From positions 64,001 to 128,000 of IMG/VR virus record IMGVR_UViG_3300032295_003763: a DNA stretch of 64,000 nucleotides; one strand, given 5' to 3'. Shown here piece after piece: positions 19,653 to 30,472 of this stretch. The notes below the pieces were generated by a model, which saw only the letters and a program-made list of their open reading frames with translations, ran no database searches and was not told where the DNA came from. The stretch is from a virus (Duplodnaviria; Caudoviricetes). Position 1 is the stretch's first letter. Every line of letters starts with the position of its first letter. A program made the translations under genes and the position numbers.

Positions 19653-20140
19653 TTGAATGGCCAGTTTTCTTCTGTTAATACAACATATTTCATGTCTCTG
19701 TCCATAGCCCATTTTATAGCAGCTATCTGTTTTGCTTTATTGACAGTATACATTTTCGTTAATTCAGCATGTCGCATTAGTTTCTTATCAGTTATTCGAC
19801 CTTCTAAAACAGGTTCTCTCGATATTTGTGCACTTGGTTTTATTTCAACAATATATCTATGCCTTTTATTATCATTATCAATAACTTCAATGAAAAAATC
19901 TACATTATAAATATGTTCTTTGTGATCTATTGGACTGATGTATTTAATCTTCACTGGTTCAGAACCCCATCTAATAATTTGAGGAGTTAAATCGCACAAT
20001 ATCATAAATTTACGTTCCCAGGAAGAACGAAATATAACTACCCTCGGATCACCTGCATATTTTTCAGGATTATTAACTTTGTAATAACCTTGAACAAATG
20101 GCCCACTGGAGTTAGGTTTTAATTTTTTTATGTCTTTCAT
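19649..20140 (-). CDS. gp4: Head completion nuclease (T4 gp4-like)
   Basis: NPEKY.GD, FRSSWERKFM, WGSEP, Y..DF, VEIKP. Confidence 0.9.
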   Translation of the reverse strand: MKDIKKLKPNSSGPFVQGYYKVNNPEKYAGDPRVVIFRSSWERKFMILCDLTPQIIRWGSEPVKIKYISPIDHKEHIYNVDFFIEVIDNDNKRHRYIVEIKPSAQISREPVLEGRITDKKLMRHAELTKMYTVNKAKQIAAIKWAMDRDMKYVVLTEENWPFK

Positions 20141-20201
20141 GAACTAAATTATCTATTTATGATATATATTCATATTTTATGTTACATTGCAATTAAACGA
20201 T

Positions 20202-20576
20202 ATGTCTGATAAAAAATTCCTAAAACAAGCTAATAATGTATTAAAAGAAATACAAAAAGAGCTGATTAGCCCCGAAGAAGAAGAAGTCTTTAAGAAAGTA
20301 GCAGAAAGACTTAATGTTTCATATGAGACTGAAAAGGCAAACGAAGATAAGGAAAATAAAGAAATAAAACCAATTAAAAGGAATATTCTTTTAGATCCTG
20401 ATACTTTGGTATTTGCAAATCAAGCCTTATTACTAAGAGCTATACTTTCAAATGATATGGCTAGAAAAGAAAATCTTTCAGAATTTGTTAAGAATCTCAT
20501 CAAAGAAGAGTGGAAAAGGCTTTTCGTTACATATGAAAATATGAGTAATGAGATAGAAAAAGAAAAAAACAAATAA
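20202..20576 (+). CDS. Hypothetical protein, possible ribbon-helix-helix-like C-terminus
   Basis: ATG at 20202; KRNILLD...NLSEFVKNLIKEE; GATATATA at 20161-20168. Confidence 0.65.
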   Translation: MSDKKFLKQANNVLKEIQKELISPEEEEVFKKVAERLNVSYETEKANEDKENKEIKPIKRNILLDPDTLVFANQALLLRAILSNDMARKENLSEFVKNLIKEEWKRLFVTYENMSNEIEKEKNK

Positions 20577-20626
20577 TTGAAGTAAATAAAACTGATATAT
20601 AAAGTAAGCTTAAAATATAATATATT

Positions 20627-20818
20627 ATGAAAACTTTTACACAAACAACAAATCAAATCAGAAAAAAACTATTTGAAATGGATAATGAAGCAGCTAGAGA
20701 AACATCTGCTAGAAATTATCTCCAAAAGTTATATGAATTCGATATCAAGTCTATTACTGAATTGAATGAAGATGAATTAAAAGATTTTATCAAAAGTTTA
20801 AGAGTTATAGAGGGCTAA
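20627..20818 (+). CDS. Small protein with CTS-like leader
   Basis: MKTFTQTTNQIRKKLFE; GATATATA at 20594-20601. Confidence 0.7.
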   Translation: MKTFTQTTNQIRKKLFEMDNEAARETSARNYLQKLYEFDIKSITELNEDELKDFIKSLRVIEG

Positions 20819-20819
20819 T

Positions 20820-21146
20820 ATGCTAAAAATACTTAGGTCTTTATTTAATAAGCCAAAGCCTAAGAAAATAATAGAAGTAATTGAGCCTGAAGAATCTCTG
20901 AAAAGAGAAACTCATTATTTTAATAGCTCAACTGAGAATGTATATTGTTCTATTATTGGTTATGAGAAATCTTCAGAAGGTCTAGGATTCCAAAGCATTA
21001 AAATAGCCTGGAGAAACCCAAGAAGAATAAAAGTTGGAGATTTATTAATAATACATTCAAAAGATTTACAAAAAACTTTACGATTGACAAAAGTTTTAAA
21101 TGAAAATGGGGATGTCAAATTAGGAATCGCAAGTATGCTTAAATAA
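20820..21146 (+). CDS. Hypothetical protein
   Basis: 108 aa ORF followed by a terminator. Confidence 0.7.
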   Translation: MLKILRSLFNKPKPKKIIEVIEPEESLKRETHYFNSSTENVYCSIIGYEKSSEGLGFQSIKIAWRNPRRIKVGDLLIIHSKDLQKTLRLTKVLNENGDVKLGIASMLK

Positions 21147-21172
21147 AAAGCCCATCTAAGATGGGCTTTTTT
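21145..21172. terminator. Bidirectional terminator between convergent genes
   Basis: AAAAAGCCCATCT-A-AGATGGGCTTTTTT. Confidence 0.85.
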
Positions 21173-21193
21173 CATATAATATTTTTCCTAGGT

Positions 21194-21940
21194 TTAAGCT
21201 ATAGTCGCACCTAAGACATTTGTAATAATCCATGTTGTCCCAGTCCAACGGAATTGAGCAGATTGATAATCAAATGGAGAATCACTGAATTGTATAGTTT
21301 CAGTCGACAATTGAGTCATATTTACATTATCAATAAATACTCCTGTAACTGTACCTGCCTTAACAATAATCTCAAGCGTTTGACCAGTTGTATTACCAAC
21401 TGGCAATTCTACTGAAATAATATCTTTAGTGGTACCATTCCAAGTTGTAAAATCCAAAAGAATTGAATGCACACCTGTAACTGCTAAAGTTGCTTGTGTA
21501 CCATTTACGGTAGCATAAGATGCTGGATCAGCAGCCTCAATAAATGAATTTCCAAAGTCTTTATGAACAATCTCACCATCTAGCACCAACTTACCACTAA
21601 TATCAAGTTTATTAGAAGCATTGGTTAACATTACATCTCCACCAGTTACGGTGATTCCTGTCGATGCTGTAATAGAAGTAGAAGTCAAACCGCTAGTTCC
21701 ATTTACAGAAAGATTACCACCAAATACTCCAGATGCTTCACAAGTGAGGAGCGTTGTAGCAATTGGATTAGATCCCCTTTCAACATAAGTAGATGTTACA
21801 TTAAGGGCACCTGTAGAAGAATTTAAATAACTATCTAAAGCATCGATTGATGTCTTTACTGCTGTAAAGTTATTATTTATAATTATTCTTGAAGCCGAAA
21901 ACGAGTTCGTAGCTAAAATTGTTTGTAATGTGATAGCCAT
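21194..21940 (-). CDS. Virion structural protein (tail fibre/baseplate-like, beta-rich)
   Basis: Thr/Ser/Gly-rich; N-terminal SRIIINNNF motif; late-type promoter. Confidence 0.65.
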   Translation of the reverse strand: MAITLQTILATNSFSASRIIINNNFTAVKTSIDALDSYLNSSTGALNVTSTYVERGSNPIATTLLTCEASGVFGGNLSVNGTSGLTSTSITASTGITVTGGDVMLTNASNKLDISGKLVLDGEIVHKDFGNSFIEAADPASYATVNGTQATLAVTGVHSILLDFTTWNGTTKDIISVELPVGNTTGQTLEIIVKAGTVTGVFIDNVNMTQLSTETIQFSDSPFDYQSAQFRWTGTTWIITNVLGATIA

Positions 21941-21997
21941 ATTTTTATTGGATTTTTATATTTATACTATATATCTATTCTGAAAATAAATTATTTT

Positions 21998-22657
21998 TTA
22001 TTGTTGAGTAATGAAATAGCTATATCCTGAGTTTAGGTCTATATTTGAGCATTCTTCATAAAACCACTCGATACTCATACTCGAAGAATTAATTGCTGCC
22101 CAACTTCTTTTTTCAACTAAAATACATTCATATGTATTATTTGTGATTATTTGAATAGGTAAAAACTTGTATTGAACATAAGGATCACTCTCATTATAGA
22201 TGAAAATCTCTTCGTTCAGTTTTATATTCATAGTTTCAGTAAATGTAAAATTATATGTAGATTCTTCATCAGTTCTAGTAATACTTACCTTACTATGCGG
22301 TTTTTTATCATCAGATGCCCTTTTATGAGAATCTTGATTTGTAGCAGTATCTTCAAGTAAACACTTTAAAAGAACAAGGTAAATAATAGCATCGTGGATC
22401 CTTTCTTCAATTGGTTCAGATGTAGTAGAAGGCATATTTGGATTTTTACCAATAGCATTCATAATAGACATCGCCTGTTTTCCGAAATATACACCCCATT
22501 TTTGGAATGGAGTGAGACCTAATGCCTCTGCGTCCTGACTTTTGAAATTTGAAAGAGCGTCCGAATCTGATGCGTAATCTTTAGCCTTACCGATTTGTAA
22601 GTTATAGCATGAATCAAAAAGTTCTTTAAATACCTCTGTCTTTCTTTCATGTGTCAT
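21998..22657 (-). CDS. DUF1599 / nucleotide-modification-associated domain-like protein
   Basis: KAKDYA...ALSNFK...EPIEERIHDAIIYLVLL; ATG 22657 preferred. Confidence 0.5.
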   Translation of the reverse strand: MTHERKTEVFKELFDSCYNLQIGKAKDYASDSDALSNFKSQDAEALGLTPFQKWGVYFGKQAMSIMNAIGKNPNMPSTTSEPIEERIHDAIIYLVLLKCLLEDTATNQDSHKRASDDKKPHSKVSITRTDEESTYNFTFTETMNIKLNEEIFIYNESDPYVQYKFLPIQIITNNTYECILVEKRSWAAINSSSMSIEWFYEECSNIDLNSGYSYFITQQ

Positions 22658-22695
22658 GTCTGTAATCTCGAAAAGTAAATAATTAAATGATAGTC

Positions 22696-22998
22696 TTAAT
22701 TGAAATCTCGCCATTTTTTAGAGATGGCAAAGTTATTATGTTTTTTTATGTTTTTAACTGAATCTATAATATAATTAACCAAAATTTCCATCATACCAAT
22801 AAGAGCAGCTCTTTTAGGTTCATCTAAAAATGTAGCACTTATTGATTTTGTAAATACATTATTTCTATAATCAAATCCTGTATCCTTAATTTCATTTTTT
22901 CTGGACAACGCATAATCTTTAAAGGATGGTCTTAAATCACCATCAGTAGTTTTAATATACTTTTCCCAGAATTCGCCATTACTAATTTCGTCTTTCAT
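22696..22998 (-). CDS. Hypothetical protein
   Basis: 100 aa; GATATATA at 23022-23029. Confidence 0.7.
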   Translation of the reverse strand: MKDEISNGEFWEKYIKTTDGDLRPSFKDYALSRKNEIKDTGFDYRNNVFTKSISATFLDEPKRAALIGMMEILVNYIIDSVKNIKKHNNFAISKKWRDFN

Positions 22999-23020
22999 GA
23001 ATACATGATTTAATTTAAAC

Positions 23021-23401
23021 TTATATATCAGAATCTACATCTTGATCATTTGATGTATCTTCAGATTCAGCAGATTCATCCGTAATTTCTATTTCAATAG
23101 GAGGTATAGTTCCTATCACATTTTTACAAATAAATTCGTATAATTCTTGAGGTATTGTACCTTCAGCTAATGCCTTAGGTTGACCATTTTCATCAATATT
23201 GTCCGAACCTAAAAGTTTTTCAAGTTCTTCTCGATAATTTTCAGAGATTTGGAATAAAATAGTCCTCATAGCAGTTTGCTTGAGCATGAATTCAATTTGC
23301 TCTGGTAATATACCATCTTCAATATTAATTGATGCTAGTTGCTCATCATCTAATTGCATAATAACATTTGAAGGTAAATCTTTAGGTATTTCGTTTTCCA
23401 T
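23021..23401 (-). CDS. Acidic hypothetical protein
   Basis: 126 aa ORF in operon. Confidence 0.7.
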   Translation of the reverse strand: MENEIPKDLPSNVIMQLDDEQLASINIEDGILPEQIEFMLKQTAMRTILFQISENYREELEKLLGSDNIDENGQPKALAEGTIPQELYEFICKNVIGTIPPIEIEITDESAESEDTSNDQDVDSDI

Positions 23402-23412
23402 ACTAATTATAA

Positions 23413-24273
23413 TTAAGTTTGTAAAAATCGTATATAGAAGAATTCTGGTTTTTTTCCAACCTTTTGTATAGAGTATTCTTTCGATAAAAGAAAATTAATA
23501 GTTTCTTCCTTTGTGTCTTCAACTATATCTAATATAAGGTTTTTATAGATCATAACAATACCTGGTGTTAAATCATCTATAGTCTGCGAAGACGCTATAA
23601 GGCATAATGGATCTATAGATTCTAAATATTCAGGTATTTCTTGATATGGTATTAACTTGTGATTTATCTTTAGATTAGATTCATTTTTATACTCTTTTAG
23701 TTTTTCAGATAAAAATTTAGATAGTATAACATGTTTCAAACCTATATTATTAAGTTCTTTTAACACTATATCGGAATATTCAAGTTTTCTTATTATAGAA
23801 TCAGATGTAGTATCTTTAGAAATTGTAAAGGCTCCTATTGATTCTTTAAATTGTCCATAAATACTAGTCGTAGTTCTACCTAATTCGGACATCATAAATA
23901 ATATCATCTTGTCAATAGATTCAATAACCTTATCTTCAAGAATAACCTTTACCTTATGTATAACATCTTCAATATTATTATCCTTTATCAAATCTTTCTT
24001 AATAGAAAGCGACTCACTGAGTATCTTATCTACTTTTATTACCGTATAGAGTTCTTCCTTTTTAAAATTAATATGGTTCTTAAATTTATAAGGAATTATA
24101 TCTTTAGTATGAATCCTCGCAGTATCTAAATTTTCTAAATCATATTGAGCAATGTTTTTGAAATTGCTTATTAACGACTTAAATCTATAAGATTTTTCCA
24201 AAGAGTCATTTTCGGAAAATAATTTATTATACACAGATTTGATAATATCTATCATTCCGCTAGTGGATCCCAT
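23413..24273 (-). CDS. Hypothetical protein
   Basis: 286 aa ORF in operon. Confidence 0.7.
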   Translation of the reverse strand: MGSTSGMIDIIKSVYNKLFSENDSLEKSYRFKSLISNFKNIAQYDLENLDTARIHTKDIIPYKFKNHINFKKEELYTVIKVDKILSESLSIKKDLIKDNNIEDVIHKVKVILEDKVIESIDKMILFMMSELGRTTTSIYGQFKESIGAFTISKDTTSDSIIRKLEYSDIVLKELNNIGLKHVILSKFLSEKLKEYKNESNLKINHKLIPYQEIPEYLESIDPLCLIASSQTIDDLTPGIVMIYKNLILDIVEDTKEETINFLLSKEYSIQKVGKKPEFFYIRFLQT

Positions 24274-25490
24274 GTATAATTAACAAAATTCTCAACATCT
24301 GGTTTAGGAGTCCAAAGTGATGCTGACCAACCTAATTCATCAGACCAAACATCATCGTGAACACCCAATTCTACAAATCTATCGTGGATTTGTCTATCGT
24401 AGCGTTCTCTGATAAATCTAACTAATCTTTGAATTTCTTGTCTTCTATAGTTTTGAGTATTATCTCCTCCAGCATTCATCCACTGGATATATCCTAACTG
24501 TGCGATTCTTACAAATTTAGTCTTTAAGAATGTTCTTATGATTATCTCATAATCATCACAAACACCCAATAAAGCACTGTGGCCATTGATATCTCTATAG
24601 ATGTCGGTTCTCCATGCTCTGATGTGATTAGGAACGCCTACGATGTGTCTAATAGTCCTTGGATTGATATTACAACTAATGTGGGTCAAATATGATCTAT
24701 CTCTATACCAATCTACTTTGTATTTACCATATCCCATCGCAAAACCATCACCATACACTACACATTTACCATCTTCTTCATATACTTCTGTGCAATCGGT
24801 ATAATAGAAACCTGCGTCTGGGAATTGTAAATAAGCTTTACTAATCCAGCTCAAAGCATTTTCAGTCAATTCATCATCATGGTCTAGCTCAAGAACAATT
24901 TGTCCTTGACAAAGGTTTGCAGCGTAGTATTTTGTTTCTCCTACTCTACCACTATTTCTACGGCCTCTGAAAATTTTGATACGATGATCAGACTTGGATA
25001 ATTCAACTAGCATGTTCCAGGTTTCGTTATTATCATCAGAATCATCGAAAATAACCCACTCCCAGTTGTTATAACTGCTATTTTTAAGAGAATTGTATGG
25101 ACGCATTAATTTATCACCTGTTCTATACACAGGTGTAAAAATGCTAATAAGGGGGACTTTATCAACTCTATCTACCGCAGCATTTATAAATACCCTATAT
25201 GCCGATTCACCTATATCTACAGGGTTTGCATCCTCTGGGTATGATATCCACTTCCTTCGGTCTTCAAAAGGCAAATTTAACAGATTGACCCATTGGTCAT
25301 CATTACCAATAGATATTATTACTTGAGGTCTAATTTCTGATAAAATTTCATAAATATTATCATCTGTGGTATATCTGCGAATATCAAATTCAAGTGGCTC
25401 CCAAGCACCTACATCTCTTGTTTGTATCGGAAGCGTATCGCCATTTTTTTGAAAAAGGGCTAAAACAGGTAATCCTCTTTTCGAATCCAT
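24252..25490 (-). CDS. Glycosyltransferase family 2
   Basis: ISIFTPVY, WEWVIFDDS, ELDHDD, DDYE motifs. Confidence 0.9.
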   Translation of the reverse strand: MDSKRGLPVLALFQKNGDTLPIQTRDVGAWEPLEFDIRRYTTDDNIYEILSEIRPQVIISIGNDDQWVNLLNLPFEDRRKWISYPEDANPVDIGESAYRVFINAAVDRVDKVPLISIFTPVYRTGDKLMRPYNSLKNSSYNNWEWVIFDDSDDNNETWNMLVELSKSDHRIKIFRGRRNSGRVGETKYYAANLCQGQIVLELDHDDELTENALSWISKAYLQFPDAGFYYTDCTEVYEEDGKCVVYGDGFAMGYGKYKVDWYRDRSYLTHISCNINPRTIRHIVGVPNHIRAWRTDIYRDINGHSALLGVCDDYEIIIRTFLKTKFVRIAQLGYIQWMNAGGDNTQNYRRQEIQRLVRFIRERYDRQIHDRFVELGVHDDVWSDELGWSASLWTPKPDVENFVNYTWDPLAE

Positions 25491-25547
25491 AATATAAGAA
25501 TAGATATAAAAAACAATTTATTATTATACAATATACTAAAATTTTGT

Positions 25548-27035
25548 TTAGAAAATATCCTCAGACTGAGGAACACCCCATTCTCTTCTAGTTAATTTAT
25601 ATTTTGCTGTGATTCTACCTATAGTTACATCATAAACTATTTTAAATCCCTCAACTACAAAAAAACCACTTAAGAATCTATCAACCGTTGGATATAAACT
25701 CAATAAAGGTAGATTTGTGTTTTGCTTATTAGCATCTATCTCATCTTTACTCATATAAACTGAAGAGTCTTGAAAATTGTCGGTAATAAAAATTATTATA
25801 GGTATTCTTTCCATTTTTATAACAGCAGGATTCCATCCCCATAAATCTATATCAATATACATCTTTTCTAACTCTTTATTATTGGTAAAATTCTGATGAA
25901 ATGCTAAAGCGTATTTTTGATGTACATTTCCATTCGGTAAAGAATATTGTATACCATTCCAAATATTTTTAAGATGTTCCTTTTCTATTGTTTCATCCTT
26001 TAATCCACGTAATCGTATTTTAGTATCTTCTGTACCTGGAGTAGAAAGGGGATTAAATTCTATCATATTTTCTTCAGATATAGTCTTTAATGTATGGTCA
26101 TAAAAATACATTTTTTTACCATATCCTTGAGAATAAGAGATAGCAGAAGAATTATTTACTAGTTCATAATTTGTTATCTTAAAATTAGAATTCGTACCGT
26201 ATTCTAGATTTGAAAGGATTAAGTCTTGTTTTTTATTCGGTTGATCAGCATCATCTATCGTTAAATTGGGATCTGCGACATCAAAAACATTTCTTTGAAA
26301 GATTGCAAGTGCCTCATCAAATTTTTTAGTTTGATCAAATTGTTTCTCTACTTCAATAAAATTTACATTATAATAAACATCTATGAATGAACGATAAAAT
26401 GTGTTTTCATTTCTCCAAGAGTGATCCGTTATATGTAATATGAAATCTTTATAAGATTTCCAATCACATATCCATACCATTTCATCGTCCGTAGGATCTT
26501 CTATATTCGTTGCAAATCCTAATTGTAACTCACTAGCAACTTTTTTTATTACATCAATTGATGTACCCTTAAAGGCTTTATTCTGTTCAACCCATATTTT
26601 TTTTATATTTAAAATACCTGTAATATAAAATATTGTAGACGGTTCCAAATCATTTAAATATGTTGTCTCAACGTGTGTAATCAAATAATCATTTCTTATA
26701 GGCTTATAAACATCATTATAACTCCTCAAATAAACTGATGCTATATCACCATCCTTTGGTAGTTTTTGTGCTATAAACTCATTATTTGAAACTATAAGTT
26801 TCATATGTAGAATAGGTAAAAAATTAGAGCAATCAATTTCAAATGATGTAAGTTCTACTCTTTTAATTCTATACTCATTGATCAAAATATATGGGAAATC
26901 AAATCCCATAACCTTACTACTTTTATATCCCGTGGCAAATGTAAGAGATAGTGCATCATCCTGTTCGGTATCCATATCTGCTAACACTATAGTAGCATTA
27001 GATACTGTTCTTATTTTGGTTTTTTCAAAAGCCAT
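25548..27035 (-). CDS. Putative baseplate hub/tail protein
   Basis: Position in the baseplate block; ELQLGFATN..DDEM.W, FIDVYYNVNF, LSGFFVV..LTRREW. Confidence 0.55.
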   Translation of the reverse strand: MAFEKTKIRTVSNATIVLADMDTEQDDALSLTFATGYKSSKVMGFDFPYILINEYRIKRVELTSFEIDCSNFLPILHMKLIVSNNEFIAQKLPKDGDIASVYLRSYNDVYKPIRNDYLITHVETTYLNDLEPSTIFYITGILNIKKIWVEQNKAFKGTSIDVIKKVASELQLGFATNIEDPTDDEMVWICDWKSYKDFILHITDHSWRNENTFYRSFIDVYYNVNFIEVEKQFDQTKKFDEALAIFQRNVFDVADPNLTIDDADQPNKKQDLILSNLEYGTNSNFKITNYELVNNSSAISYSQGYGKKMYFYDHTLKTISEENMIEFNPLSTPGTEDTKIRLRGLKDETIEKEHLKNIWNGIQYSLPNGNVHQKYALAFHQNFTNNKELEKMYIDIDLWGWNPAVIKMERIPIIIFITDNFQDSSVYMSKDEIDANKQNTNLPLLSLYPTVDRFLSGFFVVEGFKIVYDVTIGRITAKYKLTRREWGVPQSEDIF

Positions 27036-27655
27036 TATTGAGGACTATTCAGTTTATTTTTTAAAACTTGACTAATTAATTCAGCTTTACTTATAGGCTC
27101 CGTAGAACATTCTGAAGCATTTCGTCCTACTCCAGGTGCAAATCTTACTTTATTGTTAATAACCTCAACCTCGCCATCCCCAAATTCATTAAAGTTAGGG
27201 GGTAAGTTGTTAGGTGAAGGTGCTGGTGTATCTGCTCCAAGTTCTCGAAGCTTTTTAAATCTATTCGTTAGTTTTTGAATATTTTTATCTGGTGTAGCAG
27301 CTTTATCAGGATTTACATAATTATTACGAATATCTTCATCAGTATCAATTAACTTATCAGCAGGATTTATATTAAGAGAATTACCAGAACTTCTTAATAA
27401 GATAATATCGTCAGTATTCAAAGTAAATGGGTTTGAAATATAATTTGTTTTGAGCATTTCTGTAAAGTCCATAGAATTATCAATACCCATCATTAATAAA
27501 TCTGGACGCATAATCATAGAATTATCCACATAATATCTTTTATCAAAAGTTTCATTCCCAAATGAACTTAACGATTTTGATGTTAAATCAATCTTAGTTT
27601 CATCATTTTCAGTAATTTCTAATTTATTTTCTAATGCATCTAATTTTATACTCAT
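27035..27655 (-). CDS. Putative baseplate wedge (gp53/LysM-like) protein
   Basis: MRPDLL...NYISNPFTLNTDDII. Confidence 0.55.
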   Translation of the reverse strand: MSIKLDALENKLEITENDETKIDLTSKSLSSFGNETFDKRYYVDNSMIMRPDLLMMGIDNSMDFTEMLKTNYISNPFTLNTDDIILLRSSGNSLNINPADKLIDTDEDIRNNYVNPDKAATPDKNIQKLTNRFKKLRELGADTPAPSPNNLPPNFNEFGDGEVEVINNKVRFAPGVGRNASECSTEPISKAELISQVLKNKLNSPQ

Positions 27656-27673
27656 ATCTATATTAATATTTTA

Positions 27674-29596
27674 TTATTTAAATACTGATCCTATTGGTTG
27701 AAATATCTGAGCTTGTATTTTATTTTTCTTATTATCAACTTTTGTTAAATCTGATATTTGTCTACCAGAATTATCTACACTCGTCCTATTAAATGCACCA
27801 AGAGTATCCGTATCTTTATTTTGATACTCACTAAAACTATTAAATGTGCTATACGATTGATCCACATTTACGGTTCCTTCTTTATATGGATAATAAATTC
27901 TACCGCCGCCCCCATTAAATATGGATTGAATATCACTCGCATCTCTAGCTCTGCCGTGTTCTAGTGTACAAGAATACTTGAATTCAGTTGGAAAATCATC
28001 TATAGACAATTCATCGTTAAATTCCATATCAGTTGTTGTACACCATAGATTACCCATCATCATAATTGGGGCAAATGGATTCCCAACCTGTAAATGCCAT
28101 TCTCCAGTAGGAGCACCAGTTAATTCCGCTTTAGTTTGTTCTAATACTGTTCTCTGAAGTGCTTTCATTTTATCATTATTAGCAAAAAGATATTGTGCCG
28201 CTATTTCTGTCAAAGAACCAGTATTTTCTGGTTTTGCTAATGCACTTAACCCTTCATTAATAAATGTTGTAAAAAATTGTTGAACTCTATCCGATACTGC
28301 TTTTGCTCCACCACCAATTTGCTTACTTAGTTCGTCTTTTAATTTAGATGGATTATTTAATTCTGACAACAAAGAAAATACAAGTTCCGTTCTAACTAGT
28401 GGAAAGTTAGCACGATCTATAAGAAACCTATTCTCTCCACCCCAAAATAATGCATGGTTATAAGTTAATGCTAACATATTTGATAATATATCAAGCATAG
28501 CTGCCTTTTGATTAACATTTTCAATGGTCTTTGATGAATAATCAAAAGTTACTTTAAGATTATTCTGAGTAAATACTAGTCCTCTATCTCTAATTTTAGC
28601 ACCCGTTATAACATTAACAGGGCCATAAACTAAATCTTGAAGTGGTCCTTGCTTCCAAGGATCATAAGCAGATGTCCAATTACGTAAGGCACCTATATCT
28701 GAACCAGTTCCTGATAAAATAGAAAGTAACTTGATACCAGTTTCTTCCGCACTTCCACTTTTTGCTCCAGATGAATTAAGAAAACTTTCAGCCTCATCTA
28801 ATTTAATAACTTCATTATTTTGCCCAGCACCCTTTACATCCTTTGTATTAATTTTAATATTCATTTTAGTAAAATTACTCAACTTATTATTTGAAGCATC
28901 TAGATATGTTAGGGCTTGAGCAATTGGTTTTCTTAATGGCGATTCGGGTCCCTCGGATTTTATAGCAACTCTAAGTTCATCATATACAGGAGCCATAAAT
29001 CTACGAAGTGTAATCAATCTGTTATTATTAAATGGATGATAATGTTTCATATACAGAAAATCACCATAAGAATATCTTCTTTCAGGTTGATTTGCTCCAG
29101 GTCCACCTTCAGAATAATGGCTAATTATAAGACTTGTAGATGGGTTCTTATATTGTGCGTAATCAGCCATTCCAAAATAATCAATGGATCCTTCTTCAGC
29201 ATTTAAATCAGTTATAGGGTTTGAATTTTCATTAGTACCATCCATTATAGAATGGTATCTTACTAAATAATAAGGATTAATTAAACTTGGAAATCCTTGT
29301 AATGCTCTGGCGGATGATCCTTGCGGATTGTCTTGATTTACTGAAGTACCAACAGGTTTAAGCGTTTTAGCCTCTGGATTCGAAGTAATTCTAGTCAAAT
29401 CTAAGTTCGTATCACCAGCTTGACCACCACCCCCTGAACCTGTAAACCCTGCAGTTGCGTTTGAAGCTGAACCTGGATTACTTTGTTGTCTCGCACTATT
29501 TGCAGCATTCAGTGCGTCTTTAGCTTTATCCGTAGCACTACCAGACCCTGTATTACCTGTTAATGAATTATATAAATCAGTTACAAAACCAAACAT
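27674..29596 (-). CDS. Putative tail tube initiator/baseplate protein
   Basis: NNRLITLRRF, GEWHLQVGNPFAPIMMMGNL, DDFPTE..LEHGRARD; adjacent to the wedge-like gene. Confidence 0.5.
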   Translation of the reverse strand: MFGFVTDLYNSLTGNTGSGSATDKAKDALNAANSARQQSNPGSASNATAGFTGSGGGGQAGDTNLDLTRITSNPEAKTLKPVGTSVNQDNPQGSSARALQGFPSLINPYYLVRYHSIMDGTNENSNPITDLNAEEGSIDYFGMADYAQYKNPSTSLIISHYSEGGPGANQPERRYSYGDFLYMKHYHPFNNNRLITLRRFMAPVYDELRVAIKSEGPESPLRKPIAQALTYLDASNNKLSNFTKMNIKINTKDVKGAGQNNEVIKLDEAESFLNSSGAKSGSAEETGIKLLSILSGTGSDIGALRNWTSAYDPWKQGPLQDLVYGPVNVITGAKIRDRGLVFTQNNLKVTFDYSSKTIENVNQKAAMLDILSNMLALTYNHALFWGGENRFLIDRANFPLVRTELVFSLLSELNNPSKLKDELSKQIGGGAKAVSDRVQQFFTTFINEGLSALAKPENTGSLTEIAAQYLFANNDKMKALQRTVLEQTKAELTGAPTGEWHLQVGNPFAPIMMMGNLWCTTTDMEFNDELSIDDFPTEFKYSCTLEHGRARDASDIQSIFNGGGGRIYYPYKEGTVNVDQSYSTFNSFSEYQNKDTDTLGAFNRTSVDNSGRQISDLTKVDNKKNKIQAQIFQPIGSVFK

Positions 29597-29610
29597 TCCA
29601 ATTAGTTATT

Positions 29611-29979
29611 TTATATCATAAGAAGACCTACAACAAGATCTGCTTTAATATTATTTTTCTTCAAAATTTCACTCACGGACTTTTTTATGTCTGAAGTATA
29701 TTTTGGAACGATATACACTATATCCTTCTCTGTTTCATATATTTTCTCAAGTAATAACCTCTCTAGTTCTCTTGATAAAATAAAATATCCAGCATCAGAT
29801 AAATTACCATTTAAATCATATCCTAAATCTTGAGCAACACTGAATACATCTAGATATTCGACATTCAAACCTCTAAAACGTTTTTTTATAACTTTCAAAG
29901 TACCTTCTTCGATAGTTACAACGACATTTATATTATTATTGTCGAATTCTTTATCTAGCATCTTATTCTCCCTTTTCAA
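29611..29979 (-). CDS. Hypothetical protein
   Basis: 122 aa ORF in operon. Confidence 0.65.
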   Translation of the reverse strand: MKRENKMLDKEFDNNNINVVVTIEEGTLKVIKKRFRGLNVEYLDVFSVAQDLGYDLNGNLSDAGYFILSRELERLLLEKIYETEKDIVYIVPKYTSDIKKSVSEILKKNNIKADLVVGLLMI

Positions 29980-30463
29980 CTTTTGTATGTATATTTAAAA
30001 GGAGTTTAAGTCCTGATGCAGCCGCTATAGAATCACCCAAAGTTAATAAAATACCAATCGGTAAAATCACAACGTCATTACTAGAAAGTAGAGAAGAACT
30101 GTCACCCATAGATTCAATATCTAAACCCCATACACATTCTGAAGAATCCAATATTTCATGACTTCTCCAGAATCCTAGATGTATAAAATTGTCTTCTTTT
30201 ACTTTCCATCCATTTGACTTACAGAAATCAATTGCTTCATGTAATTGATTTAGGTTTTCTGTGGTATATTTAAATAAACCCTCGGATTCTTTTGGAAGTA
30301 TTACACCTTCTATAATACCATTCTTTATTATAAATGGTAAAATTCTGCCATAGTTTTTCTTAAGCCTAATTGTTTTAAAATTAGATTCATTATGGATAGA
30401 AAATTCTTCACATGAATAAACTACTTCGCTAATTGGGTTATCTGTATATTCTGTTTTTTTCAT
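29963..30463 (-). CDS. Hypothetical protein (possible degenerate NUDIX-like fold)
   Basis: ILPF...FIHLG...WGLDI pattern without a Nudix box. Confidence 0.55.
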   Translation of the reverse strand: MKKTEYTDNPISEVVYSCEEFSIHNESNFKTIRLKKNYGRILPFIIKNGIIEGVILPKESEGLFKYTTENLNQLHEAIDFCKSNGWKVKEDNFIHLGFWRSHEILDSSECVWGLDIESMGDSSSLLSSNDVVILPIGILLTLGDSIAAASGLKLLLNIHTKVEKGE

Positions 30464-30472
30464 TAAAAAAGA

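Noticed and set aside
19649-20140. TnsA-like endonuclease as a Tn7 transposon marker
   Set aside because: Its context with the portal and gp2-like gene identifies it as the T4 gp4-type head completion protein; no tnsB/C or transposon ends
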